60,184 bases of DNA from a virus: IMG/VR virus record IMGVR_UViG_3300006594_000002; one strand, written 5' to 3'. Of this stretch, positions 9,265 to 20,500 are shown one piece after another. Position numbers and translations under genes: made by a program. Within the stretch, counting starts at the first letter, position 1, and every line of letters starts with the position of its first letter. The notes under the pieces were generated by a model, which was not told the DNA's origin, made no database searches, and saw only the letters and a list, made by a program, of their open reading frames with translations.

Positions 9265-9585
9265 ATGGATAGGAGATTTCCGAGTGCTATCACGTACTGG
9301 GCAGCTACACCTGATGGTTATGGCGGCTACACTTTTACTTCCCCTGTGGCTATGACGGGTCGTTGGGAGAACAAAACAGAAAGGACAGTAGACAGTAACG
9401 GCGTAGAAATTGTTTGCAGGTCTGTGGTTTATCTAAGTGCCGACGTGGCTGTTGAGGGATTTCTTTATTTAGGTACCTCTACGTCAGCGAGCCCTTTGAG
9501 CGTTACTGGGGCACAACAGATACGGCGTTTTGATAAGACACCTGACTTGCGCAACGTAACATATGAGAGGAAAGCGATTCTATAA
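9265..9585 (+). CDS. hypothetical head-tail joining protein
   Basis: ATG at 9265, directly after the previous stop. The tracked ORF starts at 9205, inside the upstream gene. Confidence 0.5.
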   Translation: MDRRFPSAITYWAATPDGYGGYTFTSPVAMTGRWENKTERTVDSNGVEIVCRSVVYLSADVAVEGFLYLGTSTSASPLSVTGAQQIRRFDKTPDLRNVTYERKAIL

Positions 9586-10043
9586 TGGTACAGAGGTTAC
9601 TTAGAGCCCGCATCGGCTATAGTCGATTGCCTTCTAATGTAGATCCCTCTATGGCCTCTTATACATCTAGTATCAGAGCTCAGATGGCCTCTATAGAAAA
9701 AAACCTTACAAACGTTATTGCAGGAATTGGTGAGGCAGGTCCAGAGATCCTACGTGAAGCTTTGGAACCTACTTTTGAAAAGTCACAGACTTATGTGCCG
9801 GTAGAAACAGGAGAACTAAAGGCTAGTGGGTATCTAGAAACACGTACCGTAAGAGGGGAAACCATCGTTGAGATGGGTTACGGAAGATCTGGGAGTCCTC
9901 CATACGCGGTGTATGTACACGAGATGACGGACAAATATCATCGTCCACCTACAAGAGCGAAGTTTCTGCAGGCTGCGTTAGAAGAAGATAGAGACCAAAT
10001 AGTGAGTCGAATCGTTGCAGGGTATAGGAGTCTTACGGAGTAG
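9585..10043 (+). CDS. HK97 gp10-like tail completion/neck protein
   Basis: The motif YVPVETGELKASGYLE matches the VPVDTG.L+.S signature of the HK97-gp10 family. Confidence 0.6.
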   Translation: MVQRLLRARIGYSRLPSNVDPSMASYTSSIRAQMASIEKNLTNVIAGIGEAGPEILREALEPTFEKSQTYVPVETGELKASGYLETRTVRGETIVEMGYGRSGSPPYAVYVHEMTDKYHRPPTRAKFLQAALEEDRDQIVSRIVAGYRSLTE

Positions 10044-10046
10044 TCG

Positions 10047-10481
10047 ATGGCGGATCCCGCGGCAGGAGCTTCAGCGATCCTCGTAACAGCAGGTGTTGGT
10101 ACAGCAGGTGCAACATCTGGTTGGGGGATATTCTTGGGTAGGATGCCCTCCAAGCCGGACACCGTTGTTGTAGTTAAGAACGCGGGCGGGCTACCTCCTA
10201 ACCCTAAATGGAGACTCGACTATCCAAGTTTACAAGTCCTTGTTAGAGGTGCCGCTAATGATCGTGCGACAGCTTTTACAAAGGCTAAAGCAGTAAAAGA
10301 CGCTCTTCTAGGATATCCTAGCGGGGTTGTAGGCGGTGTTGGGGGCGATACATGGGTACAAGTACTCCAGATGGGAGATATAGCAGAGATCGGATACGAC
10401 GAAAATAATCGTCCCCTACTCTCTCTAAACTTCTCCCTAATTGTGGAGCCCACTTCGGGGACTAACAGGGTATCTTTATAG
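10047..10481 (+). CDS. tail terminator/neck protein candidate
   Basis: 144 aa between the gp10-like gene and the major tail gene. Called from gene order only. Confidence 0.45.
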   Translation: MADPAAGASAILVTAGVGTAGATSGWGIFLGRMPSKPDTVVVVKNAGGLPPNPKWRLDYPSLQVLVRGAANDRATAFTKAKAVKDALLGYPSGVVGGVGGDTWVQVLQMGDIAEIGYDENNRPLLSLNFSLIVEPTSGTNRVSL

Positions 10482-10489
10482 GAGGTAAC

Positions 10490-11554
10490 ATGCCGGCAAA
10501 AATCGTACAAGTGTCTATTGACAGTGGTTCCAACTGGCTGACACTTCCTGGAAGCAGCGGCTCCTTCACAGAGGACGCTAGCACCGTTGACGATACAATC
10601 TTTGGACAAGCATACAAATCGCAGGAAGCGGGTCTTATTAATTGGAAAGTAGAAGCTAACGCTGTTTATAAAGGTTATGCTGGCTACCTAGCTACTATAA
10701 AACAGGGTGGTACGCCTACAACTCTCACCGCACAGGCGATGGCACAGGTTGGCTCTACATCGACGTGGAAGATCTCAGATGCTGCTAAGGCTATCTTAGA
10801 TGCGGCAACCACAGTGGTTGTCGAGGAACTAACAGACACTGGTCCCCCTGAAGTGTGGACCGACATTACTACTGATGTAGCATCGGTAAATTATCTTCTT
10901 GGTGAAGTTACCTTTACTACAGGGAGTGAGCCTTCGGGCAGTGTGCGTATCTCTGGCAAGTACATTCCTACGACGGCTTTGGGCAAAGCGAAGTCGTGGG
11001 ACCTTAAACAAACAGCCGATCCTATTGATACTACCGATCTTGCGACGGCTCAGGCAAATGGGGGTTACTCTACTTATAGCCCAGGCCTACGTACAGTTAC
11101 AATGAGCTTGAAGGGTTTTTATGATGTAACTTCTGGACTGCGTGCTGCTTTAGCTGCTAGAGACGCTGTTATTATCGAAATTAACCCCGATGGTGCAGGT
11201 AAGTCTTTGTGTAGGGGTTATTTCCGTCTTTCCAGTGAAGGGCAGAGCGGAGATGTGGGAGCTCTGGAAGAAGAATCTACCAGTTTCGTGTTAAACGTGC
11301 CCTCCAGCGACTATGTACCATTTGCTTGGGATCATGCAGCAAGTTCTATCTTACACGCATCAGTTCAGGCACTTTTAGGCGCTTGGGAAGATGGTACTAT
11401 GGTGGACGTGCAGTATCTGTATGATGGCACTAACGGTGTTAAGGGGGACGCTGTTGTCACAGATGTATCACTTTCCGGAGGCCTTACAGCTATGAACACT
11501 TTTGTAGCCAACTTTCAGGGCAGCGGCGCTCCCACCGATACGGGTACCGGTTAA
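10490..11554 (+). CDS. major tail (tube) protein
   Basis: 354 aa directly upstream of the G/GT chaperone pair and tape measure. No sheath gene is present, so the tail should be non-contractile. Confidence 0.65.
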   Translation: MPAKIVQVSIDSGSNWLTLPGSSGSFTEDASTVDDTIFGQAYKSQEAGLINWKVEANAVYKGYAGYLATIKQGGTPTTLTAQAMAQVGSTSTWKISDAAKAILDAATTVVVEELTDTGPPEVWTDITTDVASVNYLLGEVTFTTGSEPSGSVRISGKYIPTTALGKAKSWDLKQTADPIDTTDLATAQANGGYSTYSPGLRTVTMSLKGFYDVTSGLRAALAARDAVIIEINPDGAGKSLCRGYFRLSSEGQSGDVGALEEESTSFVLNVPSSDYVPFAWDHAASSILHASVQALLGAWEDGTMVDVQYLYDGTNGVKGDAVVTDVSLSGGLTAMNTFVANFQGSGAPTDTGTG

Positions 11555-11619
11555 TATATTAAACCTCGTCCGTGGGGTTAAACGCGGACTAATTTCGCCA
11601 GCAAGAAAGGAAGGAGAAT

Positions 11620-11952
11620 ATGACGAGTAAGAGAGACCAAATCCGAGGCGCTATTCTGAATGCTACACAAAGAAAGAAGATCACGGTAGAATTTTTCGGT
11701 AACATCGTAGAAGTGCGGCAACCGACACTAGGAGAAGTACTTGCCAGCACCGAGGGAGCCAGTCGCCAGGAAACAGCTGTGAACATGATTATCGGTTACT
11801 GTTACGTTCCCGGCACAGACGAGAAGGTTTTTGAAGAAGCTGATAGGGAAGGTCTTTTAGCTCTTCCTTTCGGTGAAGACTTGTTAAAAGTGCAGAAAGC
11901 TATCTCGAAGCTTACTGAAGTTGATACTGAAGCCGCCTCGGGAAACTCCTAA
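11620..11952 (+). CDS. tail assembly chaperone (lambda gpG analogue)
   Basis: 110-aa acidic protein between the tube and tape-measure genes. It ends 6 nt after a slippery heptamer. Confidence 0.8.
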   Translation: MTSKRDQIRGAILNATQRKKITVEFFGNIVEVRQPTLGEVLASTEGASRQETAVNMIIGYCYVPGTDEKVFEEADREGLLALPFGEDLLKVQKAISKLTEVDTEAASGNS

Positions 11953-12140
11953 GCAGCCCCCTTCGCTACAACGTCCTAGCGATTGCGGAGCTGCTAGGAA
12001 AATTCGAACACGAAGTTCTTCAGCTCACCCCTGAAGAACTTGCTCGCTGGTTTGCCTACCTTGAGATCAAGCAGGACATTTTACAAAAAAGAGCTGCGAG
12101 GTCTAAGTCCGGAGGAAAACACAAAGGACGTAGATTATAG
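11620..12140 (+). CDS. tail assembly chaperone frameshift fusion (gpGT analogue, -1 PRF at 11940-11946)
   Basis: The -1 frame is open from the heptamer to TAG at 12138-12140. It reads GKLLSSPLRYNVLAIAELLGKFEHEVLQLTPEELARWFAYLEIKQDILQKRAARSKSGGKHKGRRL and has no start codon of its own. Confidence 0.7.
11940..11946 (+). promoter_or_regulatory. -1 programmed ribosomal frameshift slippery heptamer G_GGA_AAC
   Basis: X_XXY_YYZ heptamer in the zero frame of the G gene (tcg gga aac tcc taa). It is placed as in the lambda G/GT pair (lambda uses G_GGA_AAG). Confidence 0.7.
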
Positions 12141-12148
12141 GGACTAAG

Positions 12149-15028
12149 ATGGTACTATCACTGGGTGACCTTTCATATAACGTAACAGCTAACACCGAAG
12201 GATTGAACAAATCCATCGACAGGCTGAACGAGTTTAGCAAACTCGTTGACCGTACAGCGAAGTTACAAGCTGATGGTGCTAAAGAAGTAATCCGTGCTTA
12301 CACTGCGCAAGAGCACGCAATTAAAGGTGCTTTACAACAAGCAATGAATCTCCAAGGACGTCTACGCTCCGTATCCGCCCCTCCGGAGCAGATCGCACGT
12401 GTTTCCAACGCTTTTAGAGGGTTGACAAACAATTTAACTTCAGGAGCACTTTCTTCGTTGGAGTTCACGCGCGCGCAAGACCGTTTTAAGGCAGTTCTTG
12501 CAGCCACAACTAGAGACATGCGTAACTTTAACAGCGCGCAGCCTGACAGCAGTAAAAATAAGTTTGCTACCTACTTAAGAGATATACAATCGTCAGCAAC
12601 TTTAGCTGTGGGACCTTTATCAGGTATAGGCGCACGTATCCAGGCCTTTGCTGCTATCACTGAAAGATCCTCTTGGACTCTAGCTGCATTCGCTACGGGT
12701 GTTGTTGGTGTGGTTTTGGGTTTCGGTGCACTATCAAAAGCAGCCATACAAGCGGTTCTTAGCTACCAACAGATCCAAGCCACTTTAATGGCCGGTACAG
12801 GTTCGCAGGTAGCTGCTGCTAACGAGTTCCAGCATATTCACGATAAGGCTTTGCAGTTAGGTATCCCCCTAGAGGCTCTCGGATACAGTTACGCAAGGTT
12901 ACTTGCTGCTACACAAAACACTTCTTTGGCAGGCGAAAAGGCTCGCAAGATATTCGACAACGTATCCATAGCCATTCGTGCTATGCACATGTCTAGCGAA
13001 CAGGCTGGTAACGTGTTTCTTGCTCTCGAACAGATGATTTCTAAGGGATCAGTGCGTTCCGAAGAACTGTCCAAGCAGTTGGGCAACGTCGTTCCAGGTG
13101 CTTTTAAAATATTCGCTGACTCGATGGGAGTGTCCACAAGCAAATTAAAAGAGATGCTAGCTGCTGGTCAAGTGGGTATCAGTACAATCTATGGCTTCTC
13201 TGAGAAACTCGCAGCCACTTTCGGTCCAAGTGCCACTGCCAGTGTCGACAACCTCGATGCAGCCATTAATAGGTTGCATACCCGAATGTTCGACTTTTTA
13301 CTAGCTTTCGATAAAGCAGTTGGGTCCAGTACTATATTCAAGAACATAATTAATGCACTTTCCAACGCACTTGCTTATTTAACCAATAATATAAACAACG
13401 TTGTGGGCGCATTAGGTGCGATAGCAGGGGTTATCACAGCTTTAGCAGCGCGATCCCTCGTAGCTATGGCGATACCAGCAATTACCACATTCACGGCTGC
13501 TGTAGCTGCTTCCGGTATTTCCCTAGCTGCCTTTGGTACATTGATCTCAGGTCTTCTTGGTCCCTTAGCACTTCTTGGAACAGTTTTGGTGGGAGCTGTA
13601 GGTGGTTTCTACCTATTTAAACCCGGAGTTGATTCTGCTGTACAGTCAGCATCCCGCTTAAAAGATGAACTCGACCAACTTACTAACTCTGCCAAGCTGA
13701 ACATCCCAGTAATGGGTGACATGTCTGAGAAGATGAGGACCTCTGTAGGACAAAGCATCCAAGAGTTAATGAACAAAATTGAAGACGCTAATAAACGTAT
13801 GCAAGACGTCAGCGGCCAGAAAGGACTAAACTGGTTTCTCTCTGACTTTGGAAGGTCAAAGAAAATAGGTGAGATCCAAAAGGAAATAGACACTTACAAA
13901 GCAAAAATAATGGATTTGAATGCCTCCTTCTTGGATATGCAAGTAGCGGCTTCTGAAGTTAAACTTCCTGGTGATGAAAAAGATATAAAGAACATCCAAG
14001 CACTTGCTAACGCGTACGAAAAGATTCGTGAAGCACAAGAAGAGTATTTGGCTTTGCAGTCCAACGCTTCCAACGAAGAGCTGCGCCGCATCAAGGCAGT
14101 TTCTGCGATGGCGTTCTCTCTTTCCAAAGAGGGTGTAGCACAGAGCACTATAAACACACTTACGGCACAGTACGCAGAACTGCTGCAAAAAATTGACTCC
14201 GGCAAAGCCTTACGAGATATTGATGCGGAAACAGATAAACTCTTCCGTCAGGCAGATGCCTACAGAGCCGCATCAGCCGACATGAAAACCTGGGCTTCAA
14301 CAGACTTCCCCAAACACTTTAAACATCTGGAGGAGCTAGAACGTAGAAACAAGTTGCTGGAGGATGCCGGTGTACCTCTAGAGCAGATAAACGTTCAGAT
14401 GGAAAGGTACACGGAAAGTTTGAACGCTGCTGAACGTGCCGAAAAAGCCTATAATCAAAGTATGCAGCGTATCAAAGAGGCCAATGCAGGTATCGATAAG
14501 GGGTTCGATGAGCTTGCAGACTCTTTGACAGACATTATGATGGGCACTAAAAGCGTTTCGGAATCTTTCACGGATATGATCAACAGCATTTTAAATGATC
14601 TGACACGTATGTTGATTCAGGAATCAATCACAAATCCTTTTAAAGAGCTGTTTAAGGGATTGATTGGGTTGCCAAGCACGAGCAGCTCTGGTGGTACAGG
14701 GGGTCTTTTTGATATCGTTGGCAGCCTGCTGGGCTTCGCCGGCGGTGGCTCCGTACCTCCTAACCAACCTGTAATAGTGGGAGAAAAAGGTCCCGAAATT
14801 CTTACATTAGGTTCTCCAGGTTTCATAACCCCTAACAGCCAACTGAATAGTTATGGGGGCACCAATAACTCTTTCCAAATTGGTGTAACTGTAAATGGAC
14901 CTGCAGGGCAAGATCCAAAAACAGCTACCCAAGCGGGACAGCTAATTGGTTTGCAGTTGCGCGCGGCACTTACTGAGTGGGCCAACGACCAAAAACGCGT
15001 TGGCGGCGTATTCCAAAACCTGAGGTAG
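12149..15028 (+). CDS. tape measure protein
   Basis: 959 aa, alpha-helical and coiled-coil, with central Gly/Ala-rich hydrophobic segments (AIAGVITALAARSLVAMAIPAITTF). It follows the G/GT pair. Confidence 0.9.
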   Translation: MVLSLGDLSYNVTANTEGLNKSIDRLNEFSKLVDRTAKLQADGAKEVIRAYTAQEHAIKGALQQAMNLQGRLRSVSAPPEQIARVSNAFRGLTNNLTSGALSSLEFTRAQDRFKAVLAATTRDMRNFNSAQPDSSKNKFATYLRDIQSSATLAVGPLSGIGARIQAFAAITERSSWTLAAFATGVVGVVLGFGALSKAAIQAVLSYQQIQATLMAGTGSQVAAANEFQHIHDKALQLGIPLEALGYSYARLLAATQNTSLAGEKARKIFDNVSIAIRAMHMSSEQAGNVFLALEQMISKGSVRSEELSKQLGNVVPGAFKIFADSMGVSTSKLKEMLAAGQVGISTIYGFSEKLAATFGPSATASVDNLDAAINRLHTRMFDFLLAFDKAVGSSTIFKNIINALSNALAYLTNNINNVVGALGAIAGVITALAARSLVAMAIPAITTFTAAVAASGISLAAFGTLISGLLGPLALLGTVLVGAVGGFYLFKPGVDSAVQSASRLKDELDQLTNSAKLNIPVMGDMSEKMRTSVGQSIQELMNKIEDANKRMQDVSGQKGLNWFLSDFGRSKKIGEIQKEIDTYKAKIMDLNASFLDMQVAASEVKLPGDEKDIKNIQALANAYEKIREAQEEYLALQSNASNEELRRIKAVSAMAFSLSKEGVAQSTINTLTAQYAELLQKIDSGKALRDIDAETDKLFRQADAYRAASADMKTWASTDFPKHFKHLEELERRNKLLEDAGVPLEQINVQMERYTESLNAAERAEKAYNQSMQRIKEANAGIDKGFDELADSLTDIMMGTKSVSESFTDMINSILNDLTRMLIQESITNPFKELFKGLIGLPSTSSSGGTGGLFDIVGSLLGFAGGGSVPPNQPVIVGEKGPEILTLGSPGFITPNSQLNSYGGTNNSFQIGVTVNGPAGQDPKTATQAGQLIGLQLRAALTEWANDQKRVGGVFQNLR

Positions 15029-15031
15029 CAA

Positions 15032-15373
15032 ATGACAACTACGTTCTCTCCCCCGAGGGCGCCGGGAATAGGCCCAAAGAAAGGCACAAAATATAAAATT
15101 GTCACAGCCGAGTTCGGCGATGGATACGTACAGCGTGCCAAAGATGGTATAAACAACAAAACAGTCTCTTATGACCTTTTCTGGAACGGACTCTCTGTTG
15201 CCGATGCTGATACTATTGAAGATTTTTTCGACGCTCAGGGGGGTTATTTAGCCTTTCTTTACACAGTACCCGGAGACACGGAAAGAAAGTATATTAATGG
15301 AGACGTTTCACGTCAGGATTATGGTATATATAGCAATATCTCTGTATCCATTACTGAGGTACACGACCCATGA
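15032..15373 (+). CDS. minor tail protein, lambda gpM-like
   Basis: 113 aa. FGDGYVQRAKDGINN...WNGLS...FFDAQGGYLAF matches the lambda M family pattern. Confidence 0.75.
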   Translation: MTTTFSPPRAPGIGPKKGTKYKIVTAEFGDGYVQRAKDGINNKTVSYDLFWNGLSVADADTIEDFFDAQGGYLAFLYTVPGDTERKYINGDVSRQDYGIYSNISVSITEVHDP

Positions 15374-16074
15374 CAATACAAGAGGCTCAACAACGGCTAG
15401 AGTTAGGAGTTTTAATAGAACTTTTCACTTTAGACCTTACAGAAAAAGGTGCCGGCGTTCTGTATTGGACCCCCAGTCGTACGGATGTAGACAAGCCCAT
15501 AATCTGGCAGGGCAACGCATACACAGCGATTGACGTGATGGCAGAAGGCTTTGAGAAGAGTACTTCGGGCACTTTACCTAGACCGCGATTAACTGTTGGA
15601 AACGCAGATAACATCGTAGGCAGCTTAATGGCTTTGTACGACGACCTTCGTGGTTGTCCTATAACCAGGATGCGCACTTTGTACGAGTTTTTAGATGATC
15701 AGCCAGGTGCCGACCCTACCGCTATGTGGCCAGTAGACATTTTCCGTGTAGAACGTAAAGTATCCCAAAATAAGAAACAGATCATTGTGGAGCTTGCTGC
15801 AGCTACGGACCAAGCAGGTTTAAGACTACCCCGCAGGGTGGTGTTAAGGGATACTTGTACGCAGGTATATCGAAGATGGACAGGGACAGCATTTGATTAT
15901 ACAAAAGCTACTTGTCCTTATACAGGCACAGCCTGTTATAATGAAGTCGGCAACGTATGCAGTAGTAGTAGCGATCGTTGCGGCAAACGTGTTAGTGACT
16001 GTAAACTCCGTTTTGGTGCTACTGCGGAGTTGCCTACAGCTAGTTTTCCTGGAGTAGCTCGAGTGAGGTTGTAA
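15370..16074 (+). CDS. minor tail protein, lambda gpL-like (Cys-rich C-terminus)
   Basis: LIELFTLDLT...IIWQGNAYTAIDVMAEGFEKSTSGTLPRPRLTVGN is the gpL signature. The C-terminus has clustered cysteines (CTQ...CPYTGTACYN...CSSSSDRCGKRVSDC). Confidence 0.8.
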   Translation: MTIQEAQQRLELGVLIELFTLDLTEKGAGVLYWTPSRTDVDKPIIWQGNAYTAIDVMAEGFEKSTSGTLPRPRLTVGNADNIVGSLMALYDDLRGCPITRMRTLYEFLDDQPGADPTAMWPVDIFRVERKVSQNKKQIIVELAAATDQAGLRLPRRVVLRDTCTQVYRRWTGTAFDYTKATCPYTGTACYNEVGNVCSSSSDRCGKRVSDCKLRFGATAELPTASFPGVARVRL

Positions 16075-16826
16075 TGTTTGTTTTACCAGAATTTCCTCCG
16101 GAAGCGATCGCAGCCGCAAAACGCCACGCAGCTGCTGAGTTTCCATACGAAAGTTGTGGGTTGATTGTAGACGGCAGTTACGTGGAAGTGAAAAACGAAG
16201 CTGCCGACCCTAAAAAGGACTTCAACATAAACAACGATACGTATTTGGCCGCAGGGGATAAGTTACAAGCGGTACTTCATAGCCATGTTAATACTGTACC
16301 CACAACCTGTGCTCCTTCAGAGAAGGATATGCAGGGGCAAATGGACTCTGCTGTTATTTGGGGTATTCTCCCTGTGAAAGAATACCCCAACCAAATAGAG
16401 GTATTTGATCCTCTTTTTTGGGGTGACTTCCGTTTGGAAGAGCCCCTTATTGGGCGGAAATTCATCCACGGTGTTAGTGACTGCTACTCACTTATAAGAG
16501 CTTGGTTCTGGCAGACTAAAAAAATTATTTTGCCTGAGTACGCTCGAGACAATAAGTGGTGGGAGAAGAATCAAGATCTGTATCAACAAGGCTTTCCCGA
16601 ATTAGGCTTTGTACGAATTGAAGAAAGCCAACGACAGGCAGGTGACTTCTTTTTGGGCAAAGTACGCTCTTCTGTACCCAACCATGGAGGGGTACTTTTG
16701 GATAATGGTATAGCATTACATCATTTAGAAGGGAGACTTAGTCGGAGAGAACCCATCCTACGTTGGCAAAAGTTTATTACACATTGGTTGCGCTACGTGG
16801 GCACTAAAGAGACTGGAGGTACTTAA
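16074..16826 (+). CDS. tail tip assembly protein, lambda gpK-like (MPN/JAMM + NlpC/P60)
   Basis: N-terminal JAMM-like ESCGLIV...VLHSHVN and C-terminal NlpC/P60-like GVSDCYSLIRAWF...NHGGVLL. Confidence 0.8.
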   Translation: MFVLPEFPPEAIAAAKRHAAAEFPYESCGLIVDGSYVEVKNEAADPKKDFNINNDTYLAAGDKLQAVLHSHVNTVPTTCAPSEKDMQGQMDSAVIWGILPVKEYPNQIEVFDPLFWGDFRLEEPLIGRKFIHGVSDCYSLIRAWFWQTKKIILPEYARDNKWWEKNQDLYQQGFPELGFVRIEESQRQAGDFFLGKVRSSVPNHGGVLLDNGIALHHLEGRLSRREPILRWQKFITHWLRYVGTKETGGT

Positions 16827-17515
16827 TGGCAGTCGTTTATCTGCATGGTGACTTGGCACAGTTTGGGGGCCCCTACAACCTCAGTGTAAGCACCCCCATA
16901 GAAGCTGTGCGGGCACTCTGCATCCAAATAAAGGGATTCCGCAAAAGACTCACCTCGGGACATTTCCAGGTACAAAGAAAATCTGCCTACGGAGAGTTAG
17001 ACTTGGATGTTGACATGTTAAAAATGTCTCTGTTTAAGAAGCACGAACTTCATATTATACCCGTATTAGAAGGAAGCAAGCGGGGTGGTGTAGTTAAGAC
17101 TATTCTAGGTGTAGCTATGGTTGCGGCTGCCTTTTATTTTGCGCCTGCTGTAGTAGGTGCTGCGGGGCCCACAATGGGTATGGGTACAGCTGCTTTTGGT
17201 GTTGAAGCCTTAGGATTCTCTATCTCATATGCACAAATAGCTGGCTTTGGCGCCGCTATGATTCTGGGAGGAATTGCCCAGATGATATCCCCTACACCTT
17301 CTTCTACTGGACAAACTACAGCAGAGACAAACGCAAGTACCTTGTTTAGTGGCCCTGTAAACGTCACAGAGCAGGGAAGTCCAATACCGCTATTGTATGG
17401 AAGGTTCTGTGCTGGATCTGTAGTGGTCTCCTCTGATATAATTTCTGAGCAAGTAGATGGTAGCTATGGCGGCACTGGTGGAGATAGTGGTTCCATGGGA
17501 CAAGGAGGCGGTTAA
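16826..17515 (+). CDS. tail assembly protein, lambda gpI-like
   Basis: 229 aa with a hydrophobic Gly/Ala central region and GSPIPLLYGRF near the C-terminus. It lies between the K-like and J-like genes. Confidence 0.7.
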   Translation: MAVVYLHGDLAQFGGPYNLSVSTPIEAVRALCIQIKGFRKRLTSGHFQVQRKSAYGELDLDVDMLKMSLFKKHELHIIPVLEGSKRGGVVKTILGVAMVAAAFYFAPAVVGAAGPTMGMGTAAFGVEALGFSISYAQIAGFGAAMILGGIAQMISPTPSSTGQTTAETNASTLFSGPVNVTEQGSPIPLLYGRFCAGSVVVSSDIISEQVDGSYGGTGGDSGSMGQGGG

Positions 17516-20500
17516 TGCACGGCAGTTTCCTCCCAGAACAAATAATTGTAAAATCACCTCTTAAAGATTGTGTCCTTAAGGGTTCTGGGGGTATGACTGG
17601 CGGTAAGAGCGGAAGCGGTGCTGGAAGAGTCGCTGTCGAAGACCCCAACACACTGCGCTCGAACTCGATTGCCCGGATTATCGATGTGGTCAGTAGCGGT
17701 CCTATACTAGGCTTAGTAAATGATGCAATGTCAATTTACTTTGATAATACCGCTTTACGGGGCCCCGGAGGAGACTATCAATTTCAAGGCGTTGCTTGGA
17801 ATGAGCGCACAGGGACGGTCGACCAGGATCCTGTAACGGGGTTCTCTTCCGCGGAGAACACTCAAGCTGTCAATGTGGAAATCCTTTACACGACTCCAAT
17901 TACACGTACTGTATATGGTCCCATTGATGCCGCACGTGTATTGCTTAGCTTCCCAGCACTTACAACACAAGATGCCACAACCGGTGATCTTCATGGAGGC
18001 ACTGTAGCATTACGGATTTACAAACGTACTGTGGGTGCGGGAGCGTGGACTACCGCGCGCGACGTCACTATCACAGGTAAGTGTGTCACTACCTTTCAAG
18101 TAGGTTACCGTATAGAATTGGGAGGTACAAGTGATTGGGAAATAAAAGTAGAAAGACTTTCGCCAGATAGCAGCCAAGTCAACATACAGAGCCATTCTTG
18201 GTGGGCAGCGATTACCAATATTACCGAGGGTAAATTCATCTACCCAAACACAGCCTATAACACTTTGATGGTGGATGCACAGCAATTTGGCTCCAGTATC
18301 CCTGTACGAGCCTACGATACCTATGGCAGGATCATACAAATACCTAGTAATTACAATCCGGTGACACGTGTATATACGGGTATTTGGGATGGAACATTTA
18401 CAACGGGTTGGACAGATAATCCTGCTTGGGTTCTTTACGACTTACTTACCAGTGAGTGGGATGGTCTGGGCACATACATCACAGCTGCTCAGGTGGATAA
18501 ATGGTCGCTGTATACAATTGCGCAGTACTGCGATGAGTTAGTCCCAGACGGTTTTGGCGGCTACGAACCTAGATATACATTTAACTACCAAATAACCGCT
18601 GCAGATGATGCATATAAAGTTATACAGTCAGTAGCCTCTGTCTTCCGTGGACTTGCTTACTGGGCTTCGGGTTCAATCTTCTTTGCGGCCGATATGCCTT
18701 CGGACCCCATCAAGCTTGTTGTACCCGCAAATGTGCGTAACGGGGAATTTACATATGAAGGAATTGCACATTCGGCTAGGCATTCTGTGGCTATGGTTAC
18801 TTGGTTCGATCCTGACGATATGTGCCGTCAAGCCATCGAACTCGTTGAAGACCCGGATTTGATCAACGAACTTGGTTGGCGTCCTCTTGAGGTAGTTGCA
18901 TATGCGTGCACGAGTCGCGGACAAGCACATCGTTTAGGTAAGTGGGCTCTTGACAGTGAGAAGTACGCAACCGAAATAGTCACTTACGAAGCAGCTTGGG
19001 ACCACGCAGATATTTCCCCCGGCGAGATTATACTTTTACAGGACCCTAATTACGCCTCGATACGATTGGGCGGCCGTATAGAGGCTGCGACGTCTAATAG
19101 CCTTACCGTCGATGAAGCAGTTACTTTTGTTGCGGGACTGACTTACTCAATTAAAGTGGTGTTGCCAGACGGGACGCTAGCGAGCAGAGATCTTACCAAT
19201 TTACCCGGCGTTGCTACTGTGCTTACTTTCGATACAGTGTTGTCAACACTTCCCATTGTGGGCGCTATATGGATCGTAACCGCCAGTAATCTCGAACCGC
19301 GACAATTTCGAGTGCTCTCTATGAAGGAAAGCACTGAAGGTTATTTTGCGATCACAGCAGCGATGCATGATCCCACAAAGTACGATAGAGTGGAGCAGGG
19401 AATAAAGTTAGAAGCGCCTCAATACACCCGAATTTACAACAGTCGTCCTAGTGCTCCCAAAAGTCTGTCTATTTCCGAAAGATTGTACCGCTATAACACG
19501 CAGGTAAAAGCAGCCGCTACTTTGAGTTGGGAGCCTCCTGCAGATACTTCGCTAGTACAAAGCTACGAAGTAGAAAAGTGTCGCACAGTACAGAACAACA
19601 ACTGGGAGACTGTTGGAGTAACTAATAGCAACAGCTTAGAAATCCCTAACTGTGAATCTGGTGATTGGTCCTTTCGGGTGCGCAGCATTGGATATAACGG
19701 CTTATTGAGCTCATGGACAACAAAGGCTGTCACCTTGTATGGACTCGCAGCCCCGCCTGCTGACGTCGAAGACTTCGCAATGCATACTATAGGTAACATT
19801 GCCAATTTACAATGGACAGCAAACACAGAACTGGATATTTCGCACTACAGAATTAAATTCTCTACAGCTACCGTGGGAGCTACTTGGGGTGCATCTGTTG
19901 ATTTACTTCCGCAAGTATCTGGAGTGTCTGCACAAGTATCAGCTATGGTGGGCACATATCTAATCAAAGCTGTAGACCTTTCAGGTAACGAAAGTGTTAA
20001 CGCGACTTTAGTTGTTTCCACAATCGCAGAGCTTTTCGGTTTTAACGCCGTTGAGGCTGTTAGTGATTATCCCAGCTGGGAAGGCACTCATGATGGTACT
20101 GAAGTTAGGGAAACAACGCTTCGGTTAGCGACTAACAATAACATTACTGGTGGCGAAGCTGGTACTCCAGGTACGCTCCCTGATGGGTGGGAAGGATATC
20201 TCAGTGAAGGTATGAATAGAGATATTGTCGGATTTGGTTACGAAAACGGGATATACTACGTAGAAATTCGTTTTTACGGCACCCCCACGGGTTATGATGG
20301 ATGTTCCGTGGAGTTCCCAATACAGGCTGTTGAAACGGGTGATACATGGACACAATCTGTTTATGTCCGTATCATCGATGGAACCATGGATAACATTGAT
20401 TGGGCACACTTAGGATTCTTTGTGTTAGACTCCTCCTATACATGGCCGCCACTAGAGTGGCCTGCAGGGGACCCCATTGACATGTACGAGTCTTCTTTAG

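Noticed and set aside
18790-18815. tRNA-like T-arm string ggttcgatcc
   Set aside because: It lies inside the gpJ-like reading frame, and no acceptor or anticodon stems can be drawn around it. I found no convincing tRNA anywhere in the window.
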